The notes beneath the pieces are model-generated. The model did not search any database and was not told the origin of the DNA. It worked only from the letters and a program-made list of their open reading frames with translations. Shown here in pieces: positions 50,370-63,685 of a stretch of 64,000 nucleotides of DNA. Position 1 is the first letter of the stretch; the number at the start of each line of letters is the position of its first letter. A program made the position numbers and the translations under genes. Source of the stretch: Camelus dromedarius (taxonomy: Eukaryota); contig NC_087436.1 in the NCBI RefSeq assembly GCF_036321535.1, positions 75,022,001-75,086,000 of the forward strand. Reading direction: 5' to 3'.

Positions 50370-50508
50370 AATGTTATGATAACTCACAGAAAAAAATATG
50401 TGACAATGAGTGTGTATATGTCCATGAATAACTGAAAAATTGTGCTGAACACTGGAATTTGACACATTGTAAAATGATTATAAATCAATAAAAAATGTTA
50501 AAAAAAAA
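50370..50508 (+). mobile_element. Young 5'-truncated L1 3' fragment inserted in old L1
   Basis: Perfect 13-bp TSD aaaacttgacaaa (50357-50369, 50509-50521) preceded by TT. AATAAA plus poly(A). Confidence 0.88.
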
Positions 50509-51433
50509 AAAACTTGACAAAGGTATTGAAGAAAGGAAAACTACTAGCAATCTCACTCAAACACACATGCAAAAAATCCTAAGTAAAATATTAGCAAGCT
50601 AAACACAGGGATATATATAAAAAGGATAATATATTACAACCAATTTGGGCTTATTCCAGGAATGCAAAGACAGTATAACATGAAAAGCAATCAATGCAAT
50701 TACTAAATTAACAGAATAAAGGACAAAAACTATATATTCATCTCATTAGAGAAAAAGCATTTGATAAAATTCAACACTTATCCATATTAAAAAATAAGAA
50801 CTCTCCTAGCAAACCAGGAATAGAATAAAACTTCCTTAATCTGATTAAAGTTATCTATATAAAAACTACAGTGAATATCATACTTAATCATAAACATTAA
50901 AAGCTTTTGAAATCAGACAAAGATGCTCATTATCACCACTTTTGGTTATCATTTTACTGGTGGGGTCACCAGGTGCAATAAAGCAAGAAAGAGAAACAAA
51001 AGATAAAAAAATCAGAAAAAGAATAATAAAGCTACCATTATTTGCAGATGAGATCATTGTATAAATTGACATTAAAATGCATTAGGATTAAGAAGAGTTG
51101 AGCAAAGTGGCTGAACATGTATTTATTAGCAAGTATTCAGCAAGATGACGGAATACCAGCAAGTATACAAAATTCTACTGTACTCCACAAACCAGCAGTA
51201 ACCATTAAGATAATGTGTATTTTCAAAAAGAATACAAAAGCATCAAAAAGCAATACCTAGAATAAATGTAATAAAAAATGCATAAGACCACTACCCAGAA
51301 ACCTAAAACTCAATATTCAGAGAAACTGGACAAGGCACAATAAATGAAAGAATATTCTACATTGTTAGATTAGAAAACACCCAGTGTTGTTAACATGTCA
51401 ACTCTTTCCAAAGTGATCTAAAGATTCAGTATA

Positions 51434-51650
51434 CAGTTGACCCCTGAACAACACAGTGGAGACCTAACCCCCGCTACAGTTGAAGATTCCCATATAACTT
51501 TACAGCCAGCACTCCATATCCATGGCTCCACATCTGCAGATTCAACCAAACATGGATCCTATAATAGTGTAGTACATAGTCATTGGGGAAAAAAATCCAT
51601 GTACAAGTGGATTTGTGCAGTGCAAACCAATGTTGTTCAAGGGTCAATTG
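51434..51650. mobile_element. Tigger2-derived MITE (MER8-like) inserted into L1 ORF2
   Basis: TIRs cagttgacccctgaacaaca / tgttgttcaagggtcaattg, with TA on both sides. Confidence 0.88.
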
Positions 51651-53074
51651 TATCTCAATGAAAATCCTTACACTTAGGAGAAGGGAGAAATTTGAAAAGC
51701 TGATTCTAACAACTGTAATGAAAATACAAGGCAAAAGAAGCATGGGGCCAAAACTAGCCAAGACTCAAGGGGGAAAGACTTACTCTACTGGATTTCAAAA
51801 CATTTTATAAAGTTACCATAATTAACGACAGTGTTACATGGCCACAAAGACTAGTGAGAGAACAGAGAATCTAGAAATAATCTATACAAACACTGATGAT
51901 TCACGACAAAGTTGGCACAAAAAAACAATAATGAAAGGACAGTCTTCAATAAATGGCTCAGGATCAATTTAATATACATTTAGAAGAGCTATGAAAATTG
52001 AATCCTATGTTACACAAATAACAATTTCAGGAAGCTTACAGCTCTAAATGTTGCAAGTAAAATGGGGGTTTTAAGTAATAATATAGGAGAATGCATTCAT
52101 AAGCTTGAGGTAAGGAAAAATTCTTAAAAAGAAGACAAAAGCAGTACCATAACAGAAAAGATCAATAAGCATCATAGTATGTTAAATATTTTTCTGTTCA
52201 TCAAGAGACAAATTAAGAGAGTGAAAAAGCAACAAGAGCACGGGAAAAGGTATTTGCAACATGTGCACCAGCAAACAGCTTATATCTAAAGCACATGAAG
52301 AACTTAAAAATCACACACACACACCACACATGCCATATGGCTAGGTCAACTGGCTATACCCACACAGACAAGAGAGATACTAAATTTTAAAACAAGAAGG
52401 AAATAACATATACATGCTTTGTTAAGCTTAAAGGGCCAAACAGTCTTAATTTCTTACTAAAAGGACTTCCTAATAAGTTTGTTGTCTCTCTCTCATCAAT
52501 CAACTTTTAGTCTTTTTAGCCAAAATTTAAAAAATAGTAAGACTTACAATAAGGTAAAACAAAATTAACACTACCTTTTAAATTTTTTTCTACATAGGTA
52601 GGTGTCTTCTATGATAGAACTGAAAAGAGTCCAGCCAAAATACTGTGATAATGGCCTCTATGCTGGAATCTAGATTTCTCTAGCTGTTTCAGGATATTGT
52701 ATTTTAGTAAGGCATTATTAAAAAAAAAAACCCAAAAAACAAAAAAAACACTCAGAATTCAGTAGCATCTCCATACTTCTACCTGTATTTTGAGTGCTTA
52801 AGCAAAAAAATAAAAAAATAAAGTTTTTAAGTTGAATAATTTAATACCCTTCTTATATAAAAAAAATTTCCATCTGGAATACAACTACTTTAGTCAGATA
52901 AATCTTGTGTTCTTAATTAAAATCCTGCTTGCAAAATTTCTACAAATGTGTGGTGAATCAAACAAGTCATTTCATTCATGAAAAATGTACACAGTGTGTG
53001 GGTTCCACATCAGTAATGAATTCAAACAATTGATAACTATGTATCTTTGTAATTAAGACCAAGACAATGTTGGG

Positions 53075-53260
53075 TTCATAGCCTCTGCATTAGTTAGCTG
53101 TACCTGGGTAAATTACTTTATTCTCTGCATTTCAGAATATGCATCCATACAATGCCAGTAAAAATTCCTACCTCTTGGGTTATTAGAAAGATTCAACAAG
53201 ATAATGTAACTAAAGTCCCTAACATATTGCTTGGTAAATAGAAAGCACTCAGTATGTGAC
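53075..53260 (+). mobile_element. MIR SINE
   Basis: tagctgtacctgggtaaattacttt...cctacctcttgggttattagaaagattcaacaagataatg...tagaaagcactcagta. Confidence 0.65.
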
Positions 53261-53414
53261 AATAAGAATGTCCCACCACCATGGGATATACTAATGGCAG
53301 GAACTTCAAACCTATAGGCAGTTATAAAAAATGGCCAGATGCTCTTAAGCAACAGGATATATACTAGTTAACAGTTATATCTATAGAGTTTACTGTTTTG
53401 TCATTAATAATTAC

Positions 53415-53504
53415 CTGCAAGATTGTCAAGCATGAAGTTCAGTAGCTTTCGGGTTCCATCTGGGTCCTGGTATAAATTGAGAATATCCTGTGATAAAGGA
53501 TTGC
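53415..53504 (-). CDS. CNOT6L: CNOT6L exon 5 (end of LRR region): (G)NPLSQDILNLYQDPDGTRKLLNFMLDNLA(V)
   Basis: Acceptor tcttctttag|GC, donor CAG|gtaatt. 90 nt, phase 1-1. Read by hand; not in the ORF track on this strand. Confidence 0.95.
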
Positions 53505-54129
53505 CTAAAGAAGATGACAAAAATAAAATCTGTAAGACTTACAGTGGGAAGACAAGACAAAAGTACTCTATAAAACAAAATACTAATTTTCTAAAGTTAA
53601 TTTTACTGTATTTAATGTTACATAAATTTAAAGAAATCATATGAATTAAATACTCTTTTTGTTAAGGTAGTCATAAAGAAAAACGTCAAAGGAATTCTTT
53701 GCAGATTTCACTGTCTATACTGTATATCTATAATCTGGGTTTGTTGTGTACGTACATTGTACACTTACACACACATATATATATACACTAATCTTGGTCA
53801 AGTCTGGAGTAGTATCACAAGTTGGCATCTTGAAGTAATCCTATAGGTTCTATATTTATCTTTGAAGAAAATATTCTAACTAGAAGAAAAATAGCCTTGT
53901 ATGAGAAAGAATGAGTAATACAAAAAAGGAGGATCTTCCTAGTTGGAATTTTTATATTACATATGGAGAAAAGGAAGATATTTCAAGTGAAAAGAAAACC
54001 TATCATAACCAAGATGAGTTACTTAAATCTGAGAAGAAAATTAGAATTTTTTATGATAGTGATCAGCAGTATCTGAATACTAAGAGTATAGATTTATCAA
54101 ATATCAAAAAAAATAAGTGACAGTTAAAT

Positions 54130-57100
54130 CTATGTATTCCCTCGACTACATATTCCCTTAAGAAATAAAAGCAGTGTTTGTTAAAACAATCATGTAAAAA
54201 TAGTCTAGTAAACACGAGTTGAAAAAACAAAAACTGTGGAACTTCCAGAAATGAAGATTCTAACAGTTAAAACAGAGAAAATCTTCAATGCAACACACAC
54301 CACCTAGAACAACTAAAGTTAAAAAACACTGACCAACAAAGTGGTTAAAAAGAATGGTACTCTCAGAAATTGCTGGTGGAGGTGTGTAAAACAGTACAAC
54401 TTTGGTGAAAATCTGCTTGGCAGCTTCCAACTGACTTGAAAGTGGGAAAAGGAAACTTCCTGGGGTGACGGAGAAGTTCTTTGTCTTGAGCAAGGCAGTG
54501 ATTCCACAGATGTATACTTTTGTCAAAATTAGTCAAGCTACATACTTAAATATTTATGCATTTTACTGTATGCGATTATAACTCAAAGTACTAGGGGGAA
54601 AACCATGATGATTGACTTAAGCAGTAGATTACACAGCTGAAAATAAGACAAGTAAACAGAAGAAATATATCAGACAGTGATGTTCTTGTTCTAACTCGAG
54701 TTAGAAACAAGAAATCTTAATATACGTTAAATTGGAGCTCTAGAAAGAGAGAACAGTACTTTGGTTTCTGGACCAATATATAGAGACATTCCCATCCTCA
54801 CAACTGAAATCACAGGGCAAACTGCTGTCCTGAACACAAGCAGGCGGATCAGAGAGACACAGCCTAGCGGGAGCAGAAGCCCAGAACTGGAACCAGTATG
54901 AGTCGGAGCACTTTTAAGTCGTATTTGACAAATTGCTGGAGGCTCAGAGAAGATTAGCTTGAGAGTTAAAAACTAGAGTGGACCCATTCTTAGAGATCCT
55001 CACACTTTCCTGAGTTTTACCCCCAAGAATCCTACCAGGTTCTCACTATAAAGACAGGAGAAAAATTCCCTTATGCTTCTGGCAGGTAGAAGAGAAAGTA
55101 ATGCCTTCCCAAAACAAATTCTGCCCACGAGGGAAACTGTTTAACCAGAGTATAACTGAGTGGGATTTTACCAAACCCTAATCAACCTGGGATAAGAGAA
55201 GTATCCCACTCCAGCCCCCGCTAGGCTGATGTGTGTGGGCAGTGGGGTCACCCAGCTCAGGCTCGCTGAAAGATTGAGACCTAACCACAGGACTAGAGGA
55301 CTCTTCCTCTTCTTCCATACCTCACCACCACATCAGCAGAGCTCGTGTATAACAGAGCATTAGAGCTACAAGAACTTCAAGCTTCAGATCTTATTTAAAG
55401 AGTTTCTAGGAAAACCCAAGGATAACAGAGAAGATAAAAACAAGGACACTAGAAGAAATTCTGGATTCTGACACACCTACCATAAATAGTAAACCCAGAT
55501 TAACTCCTTGCCAGAAGGAGAGATTAGAGAGAGGGAAGAAATGAGAAGAGGCAATATTTGAAAAGAAAAAGGTTGCAAACTTTCAAAACCTAATTTTAAA
55601 AAATTAAATAAACTGATACAAGTAGCACAACATACACAAAGTTTATAAAAACTTTCAGTTTATACTGTACTGCAAATTAGAGAATGCCAATGGCAAACAG
55701 AAGACTTTAAAACCAGATAGGGAAAAAGGACAAATTACTTCAAAAGAAAAAACATGAGAATGCCAACAAAATTCATGAGCAACAACAGAAGCTACAATAC
55801 AATGGAATGGTATCTCTAAAGAGTTGCAAGATAGTATGTGAGACTTTTTAACACTGCTCTATCAGTTACCAACATAAAAGTAGATAGAAAATTGATGAAG
55901 ATGAAGAAGACTCAAACAACGCTGTCAGCTAACTTGTATCTATACAATACTCTATTCAAATACAGGAAAATATACATTCTTTCCCAGTACAGATGAATAT
56001 TCACCAAGAAAAGCCATACATATTCTGGGCCAGAAAACAAACTATATTATAACATTTAAAAGAATTAAAATCATACAGAGCTTACTATTTAACCATAACA
56101 AAATAAACCTAATGATCAACAACAGACAGGTATCTGGAAAATAGCCAAATATTTTGAAATTAAATACCATACTTCTAAATAATCCATAGATTAAAGAAGG
56201 AGTCACAAGGTATTTTGTAATGTTTTAATTCAATTAAAATGAAAATGTATTATCAAAATTTGTAGGATACAGCTAAATCAGTGGTTAGAGGAAAATTTAT
56301 AGCATTAAGTGCTTATATTAGAAAAGAAAAATCAAAAGCAGTGATCTAACTTCCATATTAAGAATCTTAAAAAAGAAGGGCAACTATGCCCACAAAGAAA
56401 CCAAAAAGGAAGGAACTAATAAAGAGTTGAAATCTATAAAATTTAAAACAGAAAAATAATAGATTACTACTGAACTCAAAAGATGGTACTTTGAAAAAGG
56501 TAAAAAAAATTGACAAACCTCTCTTTAACCAGGACAAAAAACCACAAATTATAAATATCAAGAATGAAAGGGAGACCAGCCCTGGAGACATTAAAAGGAC
56601 AGATAATACTAAGAAAAATTTATGTCCATAAACTCAACAACTGAGAAGAAATACATTCCTTGAAAGACAGAAATGACCAGAACTCACTCAAAAGGAAATG
56701 GATAGAAAAACTCAGCAAAAATAGTGAAGTAAAAGACATCCAAAACTCTGCCCCTCCATAAAAGCAGTAACAAAAATAAAAACAAAAGCCAGTAAAAATT
56801 GCAAACTCAGCTATTTCAGAACTCTAGAAATTAACTAAATAATCGCAGCAACTCAGGGAGTGTTTATTCAAGAAAAAAGGACAATGATTTGTGGAGTTTT
56901 GATTTCTCCTCGTCCCTCATTGCCAGGGCAGCTTGGCAGCCACAGGAGCAACCAAAACTGAGCTGGAGTGATCCCAAAGCCTTGTTCCCAAACACTGGTC
57001 ATTATCTAACCTGTGTGGTGGTTCCTTCACTCTTGCCTAGTGCTAAGAGACTTTTTCCTCAAGGAGAGAGGTAGAGGTTTGGGGGATGTTTGAGGAAACT

Positions 57101-60100
57101 ATTACTGCCAAATATTTTAAATTTGTGGGTGCCTGACATCATTGAAACAACTGAGGCAAACAAGAGACTAACCAAAAAGCTTAAAAGGGGAAGCCTGGGA
57201 ATGAGATGTCAACAGAGGCTTTGAAAAGCCCCGACATATTCCTGGGACTCTAGAAGGTCTTACATACATAGATGCCTATGCACAGGTTTAGGAAAGACCT
57301 AGAAACAGCCTAAGCTCTCCCTACTGTCTGACCTTAAGGCTACGTACAAGTAGGAAGCAAAGGACAAGGCAGTCCAGCTGACTGGATGTGCATATGCAAA
57401 AGAACAAACTTTGCAGGATATACACAAAAATCAACTCAAAACAGACCACAGATCTATATGTAAAATTTAACCATAAAATTTCTAGAAGAAAATCTTCATG
57501 TACTTGGGTGAGGCAAATATTCCTTAGATGTGACACCAAAGACATAATCCATACACAAAAATAAGTGTTAAATGGGACTTCATCAAAATGGAAAATTGTT
57601 CTTCAAAAGGCCTTGTAAAGAAAATAAACATACAAGCCACAGGTTGGGAGAAAATATTTGCAAAACACTTACTTTAAAAAGGACTTGAATCCAGAATATA
57701 TAATGAACTCTCAAATTTCACTACTTAGAAAAAAGCAATTCAATAATAAAACTAGGCAAAAGATGTGAATAAACACTTCACCAAGGAAGATACACAGATA
57801 GCAAATAAACACATGAAAAGTATAATTATTCATCAGAGAAATGACAATTTACACCACGAGATATTACTATATCCTATTAGAATGACAAAAATAAAAAAAA
57901 TTGATAATACCAAGTGCTGATGAGGATGCACAGCAACTAAAACTCTCTCATATTTTTGGTTAAGAATACAAAATGATAAATGCACTATGGTGGCTTATCA
58001 GCCAGATAAACTTAATAAGAAACTGCCAGACTGCTTAACATACATTTACCACACCACCTGGCAGTTCCACTCCTAGGTATTTACTCAAGGAAAGTAAAAA
58101 CTTAATTCACACAAAAATCTATTCAAGTATTTACAGTGTCTTTATTCCTAATCAGTAATAACTGGAAACAACCCAAATACCCTTCAACTTGTGAACAGAT
58201 AAAAATCAATGGTCTATCCACACAATGGAATACTACTCACCAAGAGAAATGATCTGCTGACATATGCAACAATATGGATGAACCTCAAATAATTATGCTA
58301 AATGAAAGAATCCAGATTCAAATAGCTCTATACTATGTGTTTCCATGTATGACATTCTGGAAAAGTAGCTCCCAAGTGCTGAGACTGGGGGAAAGGTGTT
58401 GATGAATGAATTCTGGAGGATGATAGAATAGTTCTATTTTCCAATTGTGGTAGTGGTTATGCAACTGCATACATCTGACAATATTCACCAAATGTGAATG
58501 TCTATCAACAAAGAGGTCAATTTCACTACATACATATAGTTTAGTTAAAAAAAAGTTGCTAAAAATTTAATAAAAATATATTCAAGGTACAATTTCAAGA
58601 GTGACCAGTTGATAGAAAGCATACACATTGAGGAACAAGCAAGGGGAAAGAAAAATCTACTTTTAGAAAGGCAAAAAGAGAGAAAAGTCACAAAGAATGG
58701 AATCAAAAAGTAGGATGGTAACAACATAAAAATATCAATAATTGCAATAGAGATAAGGCAACTGGTCTGAACCCACACACTGAAAACAAAATAAAGTCAG
58801 ACTGGATTAAAAATAAAGTCCAGTTATATACTATTTATAAGCTATACACCTAAGTATAAGTATACTGAAAGGTTGAAAGTAAACAAATGAGAAAGATATA
58901 TTAGACAAACATTAACCAAAAGAAAACTTGCATAGCTGTTAGACAACATAGACCATAAGACAAAAACTTATTAACAAGAGGCTCACAAGCTAAACTTCAA
59001 GTTCAATTTACCCAGAAGGTACAGCAATATATGGGCATAGCTGATATACCTAATAAAATAATCTCAACGTATATAAAGCAAAAGCTGACTGAACTACATG
59101 GGGAAATGAACAAAACCACCTTTTTAATGGAAATTTTAGCATAAATACCTTAATTATTAAAAGAACAGTCGAAAATTCCTAAAGATACAGAAAATCTGAA
59201 GAACACAAATGATGAATTTGATATAAGGGAGAAATATATAAATATGTACTCAACAATCAGAGAAACAATATTCCTTTCAGATGCAATAAAAAAACTTACA
59301 AAAATTGATCACATGCTAGGCCAAAAAGCAAGAATCAACAAGCGTAAAAGAACTGGATCATATAGACTACCTTAACTGGCTGTATTGCAATTAAGTTTAA
59401 AGCTAACAATAAAAAAAAGCTAAATTTAAAATCACACATGCATGGAAATTTTAAAAAACTGATGAGTCAAAGATATGATAACCTATATTAAATACTTAAG
59501 CCAAAACAATAATGAAAATATTTCATATCAAAATTGTGGGATACCAAAAAAATTGCCAAATAGACAAATTTATATTCTTAAATGCTTATATTTGAAAATA
59601 AGGAAATCCAAATATAAATAAGCCATATATTCAACTTAAAAAAAGAAAAAATATATAACAAATCAAGACAAAACAGAATAAACAGAAACAAACCAGTTTT
59701 TAAAAAATAAAAGCCATCACTGATTCACTGAAAACAACATAACTGACAAATCTCTGGGGAGACTAAATCAGAAAAAAAAAAGATAGAAGGCACAAATAAT
59801 CTCACAAATGAAGAAAGGGGTAAGAGAGCTATAAACTAAACAGAATCTAAAAATATATCAGGAGAATATTATGAACAACTTTATGCACACAAATTTGCAA
59901 AGTTTAAAAGGCTGAAAAATTCCAATACTACAGATATGGTCCTACAAAACTGACTCATTAACAATTAGAAAGACTCAATAGTTCCTACAACTCAAATATA
60001 TTGAGGTAGTAGTTACATATTTTCCACAAAGAAAATAGCAGTCAATGATGGTTTTATAGTCTTATTCTATCAAAATTTCAAGAAAGATTATTTCCATCTT

Positions 60101-62900
60101 ACACAAACCCTTTGAGAGAACTGAGTAAGAACTGTAAAAACACAGGCCCATCTTATTCATGAACATCTATGAAAAATTCCTTTAAAAAGTTGTTGGGAAA
60201 GACAGTCTGTCAGGGTCCCTACACTTCGCTTGTCTTCCTCATTCTTTGTGAGTGTAACAAATTCTGTCTTTTGGTACTGGGCAATTTCTGTAGTTAGATA
60301 TACAGACAACTAAATAGGTCAAGGCAACCAGAGCGATACTACCATGAAACTCTTTGTCCCCCTGGGGAATCAAGACTGGCTTTTTGAAGCTTGCTACTAT
60401 ATTTGTTGCTTGCTTGAAAAGTGCTGGACCCTTGGACTTGGATTACTCAATCATAATGCAAACTCACTTGTGTACACAGAATGTTTCTGGGCCCCCCTTG
60501 CTGCTTGAGTGGTAATGTTCTATGTCTGACCCTGGAGTCTCATGTCTTCTACTACTACCCAACAAACAATAATTGCCTAACTTATTTGCTTGTAAGCATA
60601 AAATCTAAGAGGCTTCACAATTCTTGACAAATATCAAAATAAATCCAGCAGTGTATAAAAGCACCTAGTTGGGTTTATCTCAGGAATGCCAAGTGTGGTT
60701 CAAATTGGGAAAAAAATGCTTACATATAATTTATCACTTCAGCCTATGAAATGAGAAAACAATGAAATCACCTCAAAAGATGAAGAAAAGCATTTAATTA
60801 TTTTCAGCAGTTGAATGAGAATTAGCAAAGTAGAAATTGAAGGAAATTTCTAGGAAACCCCCCCAAAATTACCAAAAATATAGAGCAAATATTCCTAATG
60901 GAAAAATATTAGAAGCATTTCCTTTAAAATTGGGAATAGAAGCATGTCCAGTATTAATGCTTCAATTCAATACTGTACTAAACATCTTAGTCAATACATT
61001 AAAATAAGGAAAAGAAATTAAATACATTAGAATTTCAAAGGAGAAACAAAGTCTTATCAGTAGATGAAATGATTATCTGCACATAAAACCTAAAGAATCT
61101 GTAGACAAATTTTTAGGAAAAATGAGAATTTAGCCAAAAAGGCTTAGTATAAGATCTTCATTTTTTTCTTAATGGTAATTTGTATACCCCAGCAGCAAAT
61201 AGGCAGGAAAAAACAACTTTAAAAATAAAAGAGACATGACTTATAAATGAAACAAAAAACTTATAAGGTATCTAGAAACAAATCTAACAAAATATGTGCC
61301 CAACCGGTGTGCAGAAAGTTATAAAAGTTATTAAGTTTTATTCAAAGACATTAAATAAGATCTAAATAACAGAATGCCCAAATTCATGAGTAGGAAGATT
61401 CAATGTAACCAAGATGTTGACTCTTCTTAAATTGATCCAAACATTCAAAGCAACTCCTAACAGCATTTTTTGTGAAACTTAAGAAGCTATTTCTTATGCA
61501 TGAGGAAGATTCAAGGCACCCAAGGTGCCAAGACACTGCAAAAGAAAAATGTAAGAGGGCTTCCTAAACAAGATATCAAATCTTAATATAAAGCCATCAT
61601 TATGACAATGTAGTAATTAATGCAAGGTTAGATAAACTGACTACCAGGCATAGAGAATGGAGGTCCCAAAACAGGCCTATATGTAGCTACTATATGAGAG
61701 AGGTGACTTTTCTTATCAGTGGGAAAAGGAAAACTATTTATTAAATGATGCTGAGACTATTGGTTATTCACAGGGAAAAAACAAGATTAGATTCCTCTCA
61801 AAATTAGACTCCTTGTACCATACTAAAAAAACAATTCCAAATGAATGCAAGAATTAATTAGAATTAGAGAAAAACTTTACAACTTTTAGGAGATAATATA
61901 GGAAAACATATTTCTGAGCTGGGGTAGAGTAGGATTTTTAATAAGACATAAGATGATACACTAACCATAAAAGAAAAGACTTTTAAATTCAACTACAATA
62001 AAAGTATCAAATCTATTCATTAAAAGATACCAAAAACAAAAGGAAAAGCCATAGAATGGAAGACATTTACAATACAAAAGAGACAAAAGTTAAAAACTAC
62101 CAATCAATAAGAAACAAATACTCTGAGTGAAAATGAGGAAAAGACATCAACAGCAATTTTAGAAAAGAAACGTGGCAAATACATGAAAAGATGCTCAATC
62201 TTACTAGCGATTAGGAAAATGCAAATTAAGAGTACAATAAGGAATTGCTTCCTACTCAGTAACTGGCAAAACTTTAAAAATCTGACAATATTAAGTAACT
62301 GTTCAGAAGAATACAGAAAAACAGAAACCATGTTACTTTTGGGGGTGTATTTTAGTACAGCTACTTTGTAAAACTTTATGGTATTACCTAACAAAGCTAA
62401 GAATGTATAAGCCTCTACAACCCACCAATTCCACTCCTAGGAACTCTATCAGGAGACATGTACAAGAATGTTCATGGCTACGTTACTTATAGTAGCCAGA
62501 AAAGGGAGGAAACAATCTAAATATCTACAATACAATGAATAAATTACAGCATATTCATATAACAGAATACAACACAGTAGTGAAAAAAGAACTAAAATTA
62601 CATATATATATGAACATGGCTGAATTTTAAAAACAAAGTCAAATAAAACCAAGTCACCAAAAATTATATTTAGTAGGATCCATTTATATAAAGGTTAAAA
62701 TGCCCTTAATAGATACATATGTAACCTTAGTATGTGCTCATCAATGCCTGTTGGATGACTGAAAGAAAACGAAAGCGATAACTAACAAAATTCAGGACAG
62801 CAATAACCTCTGGGAAAAGGGATAAAGATGTAATCAATAAAAAGCACAAAGGAAACTTAACAAGATACAAGGGATCCACACCAACAAGGGCAGCATTGGG
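54130..62900 (+). mobile_element. Mosaic of several old L1M fragments (5'UTR, ORF2 and 3'UTR pieces) in intron 4, antisense to CNOT6L
   Basis: Repeated ORF2 endonuclease-like segments (55850-56700, 58750-60150), C-terminal/3'UTR segments (57400-58560, 61300-62800), and ORF 62183..62371 (MKRCSILLAIRKMQIK). Confidence 0.85.
60191..60629. mobile_element. Probable solo ERV LTR interrupting L1 ORF2
   Basis: TG...CA termini (tgttggga...cttgaca). Base composition breaks from the A-rich flanks. L1 ORF2 reads on across the insertion (gaaaaattcctttaaaa | aatatcaaaataaatccagcagtgtataaa). Confidence 0.55.
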
Positions 62901-63655
62901 ACTATTTCCCAATAACCTCACCAACAGTTATTTTTGAAATTCTTCCAATTGGATAGGTAAAAATTTGAGTAGTTTCAATTCACATTGTTATTATTATGTA
63001 TAAGGCTGATGAAGTTTCTATATTTTAAAGCACTGTAAATCCTCCTATACAAACTATTAATATGCTCCCTACTAGACTGTTCTTTTACTTACTAATTTCC
63101 AGAAGCTCATTATATAATACAATAAGAACTTTGCCTCCAGTATGAATGACAATTAGATTCTTTTAATGATTTTTTAAAAGGTAATGAGAATGTGAGAAAA
63201 TGGATATATAGTTACTCATTTTATTATTTCCTTTAAAATGTTGTTATTCTTTTTTATACTATATTTCATGAATGAAAAAATTTACATAGTAAAAGAATCT
63301 TCATCTCCCACAGGCCATTTTATTTTAAGGGAGATAAGTAATTCCTGGATGAAAACTAAAAATTTTGACAATTATTGAAGTCCTAAAGTTTTTATTATTT
63401 GAGACATCAATGTTTAGTGCCTGAGGACAACTCTTTGGCCCATTATGTCAGAGAAAGTATTGCCATACACCTTAGGACATAAATTCTAAATTATTTTAAA
63501 ATAACTGTAAGAACTGCTTTCACTTACACCTTCTCTTTTATAAAATTAATAGTTTGAATTTTTCTCTTAAGTGACTTAAAAGAACATTTCCAACTTACTG
63601 AACTGACCATGTCTGTAGTTTTTAAATTGACCTTCTTATCCTAACTTCTCAAATA

Positions 63656-63685
63656 CCCTACCCTCTCCCTACCCTCTCCCTACCC
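63656..63685 (-). repeat. (GGGTAGGGAGA)n repeat with six GGG tracts, a G-quadruplex motif
   Basis: Minus strand reads GGGTAGGGAGAGGGTAGGGAGAGGGTAGGG. Confidence 0.8.

Larger units (their letters stand above)
46060..52330 (+). mobile_element. Composite old L1M sequence (5'UTR, ORF1 and ORF2 remnants) antisense to CNOT6L in intron 5, with nested younger inserts
   Basis: A-rich + strand. ORF1-like agagcttgagggacctgtgggac. Endonuclease-like atcctaaatatgtatacaccaaacaac. RT-like ttattccaggaatgcaaag and ttatttgcagatgagatcattgtata. Many stops and frameshifts. Confidence 0.85.

Noticed and set aside
21706..53504. Assignment to CNOT6 or to a pseudogene
   Set aside because: The C-terminus and linker match CNOT6L. 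The introns, splice sites, reading frame and catalytic residues are all intact.
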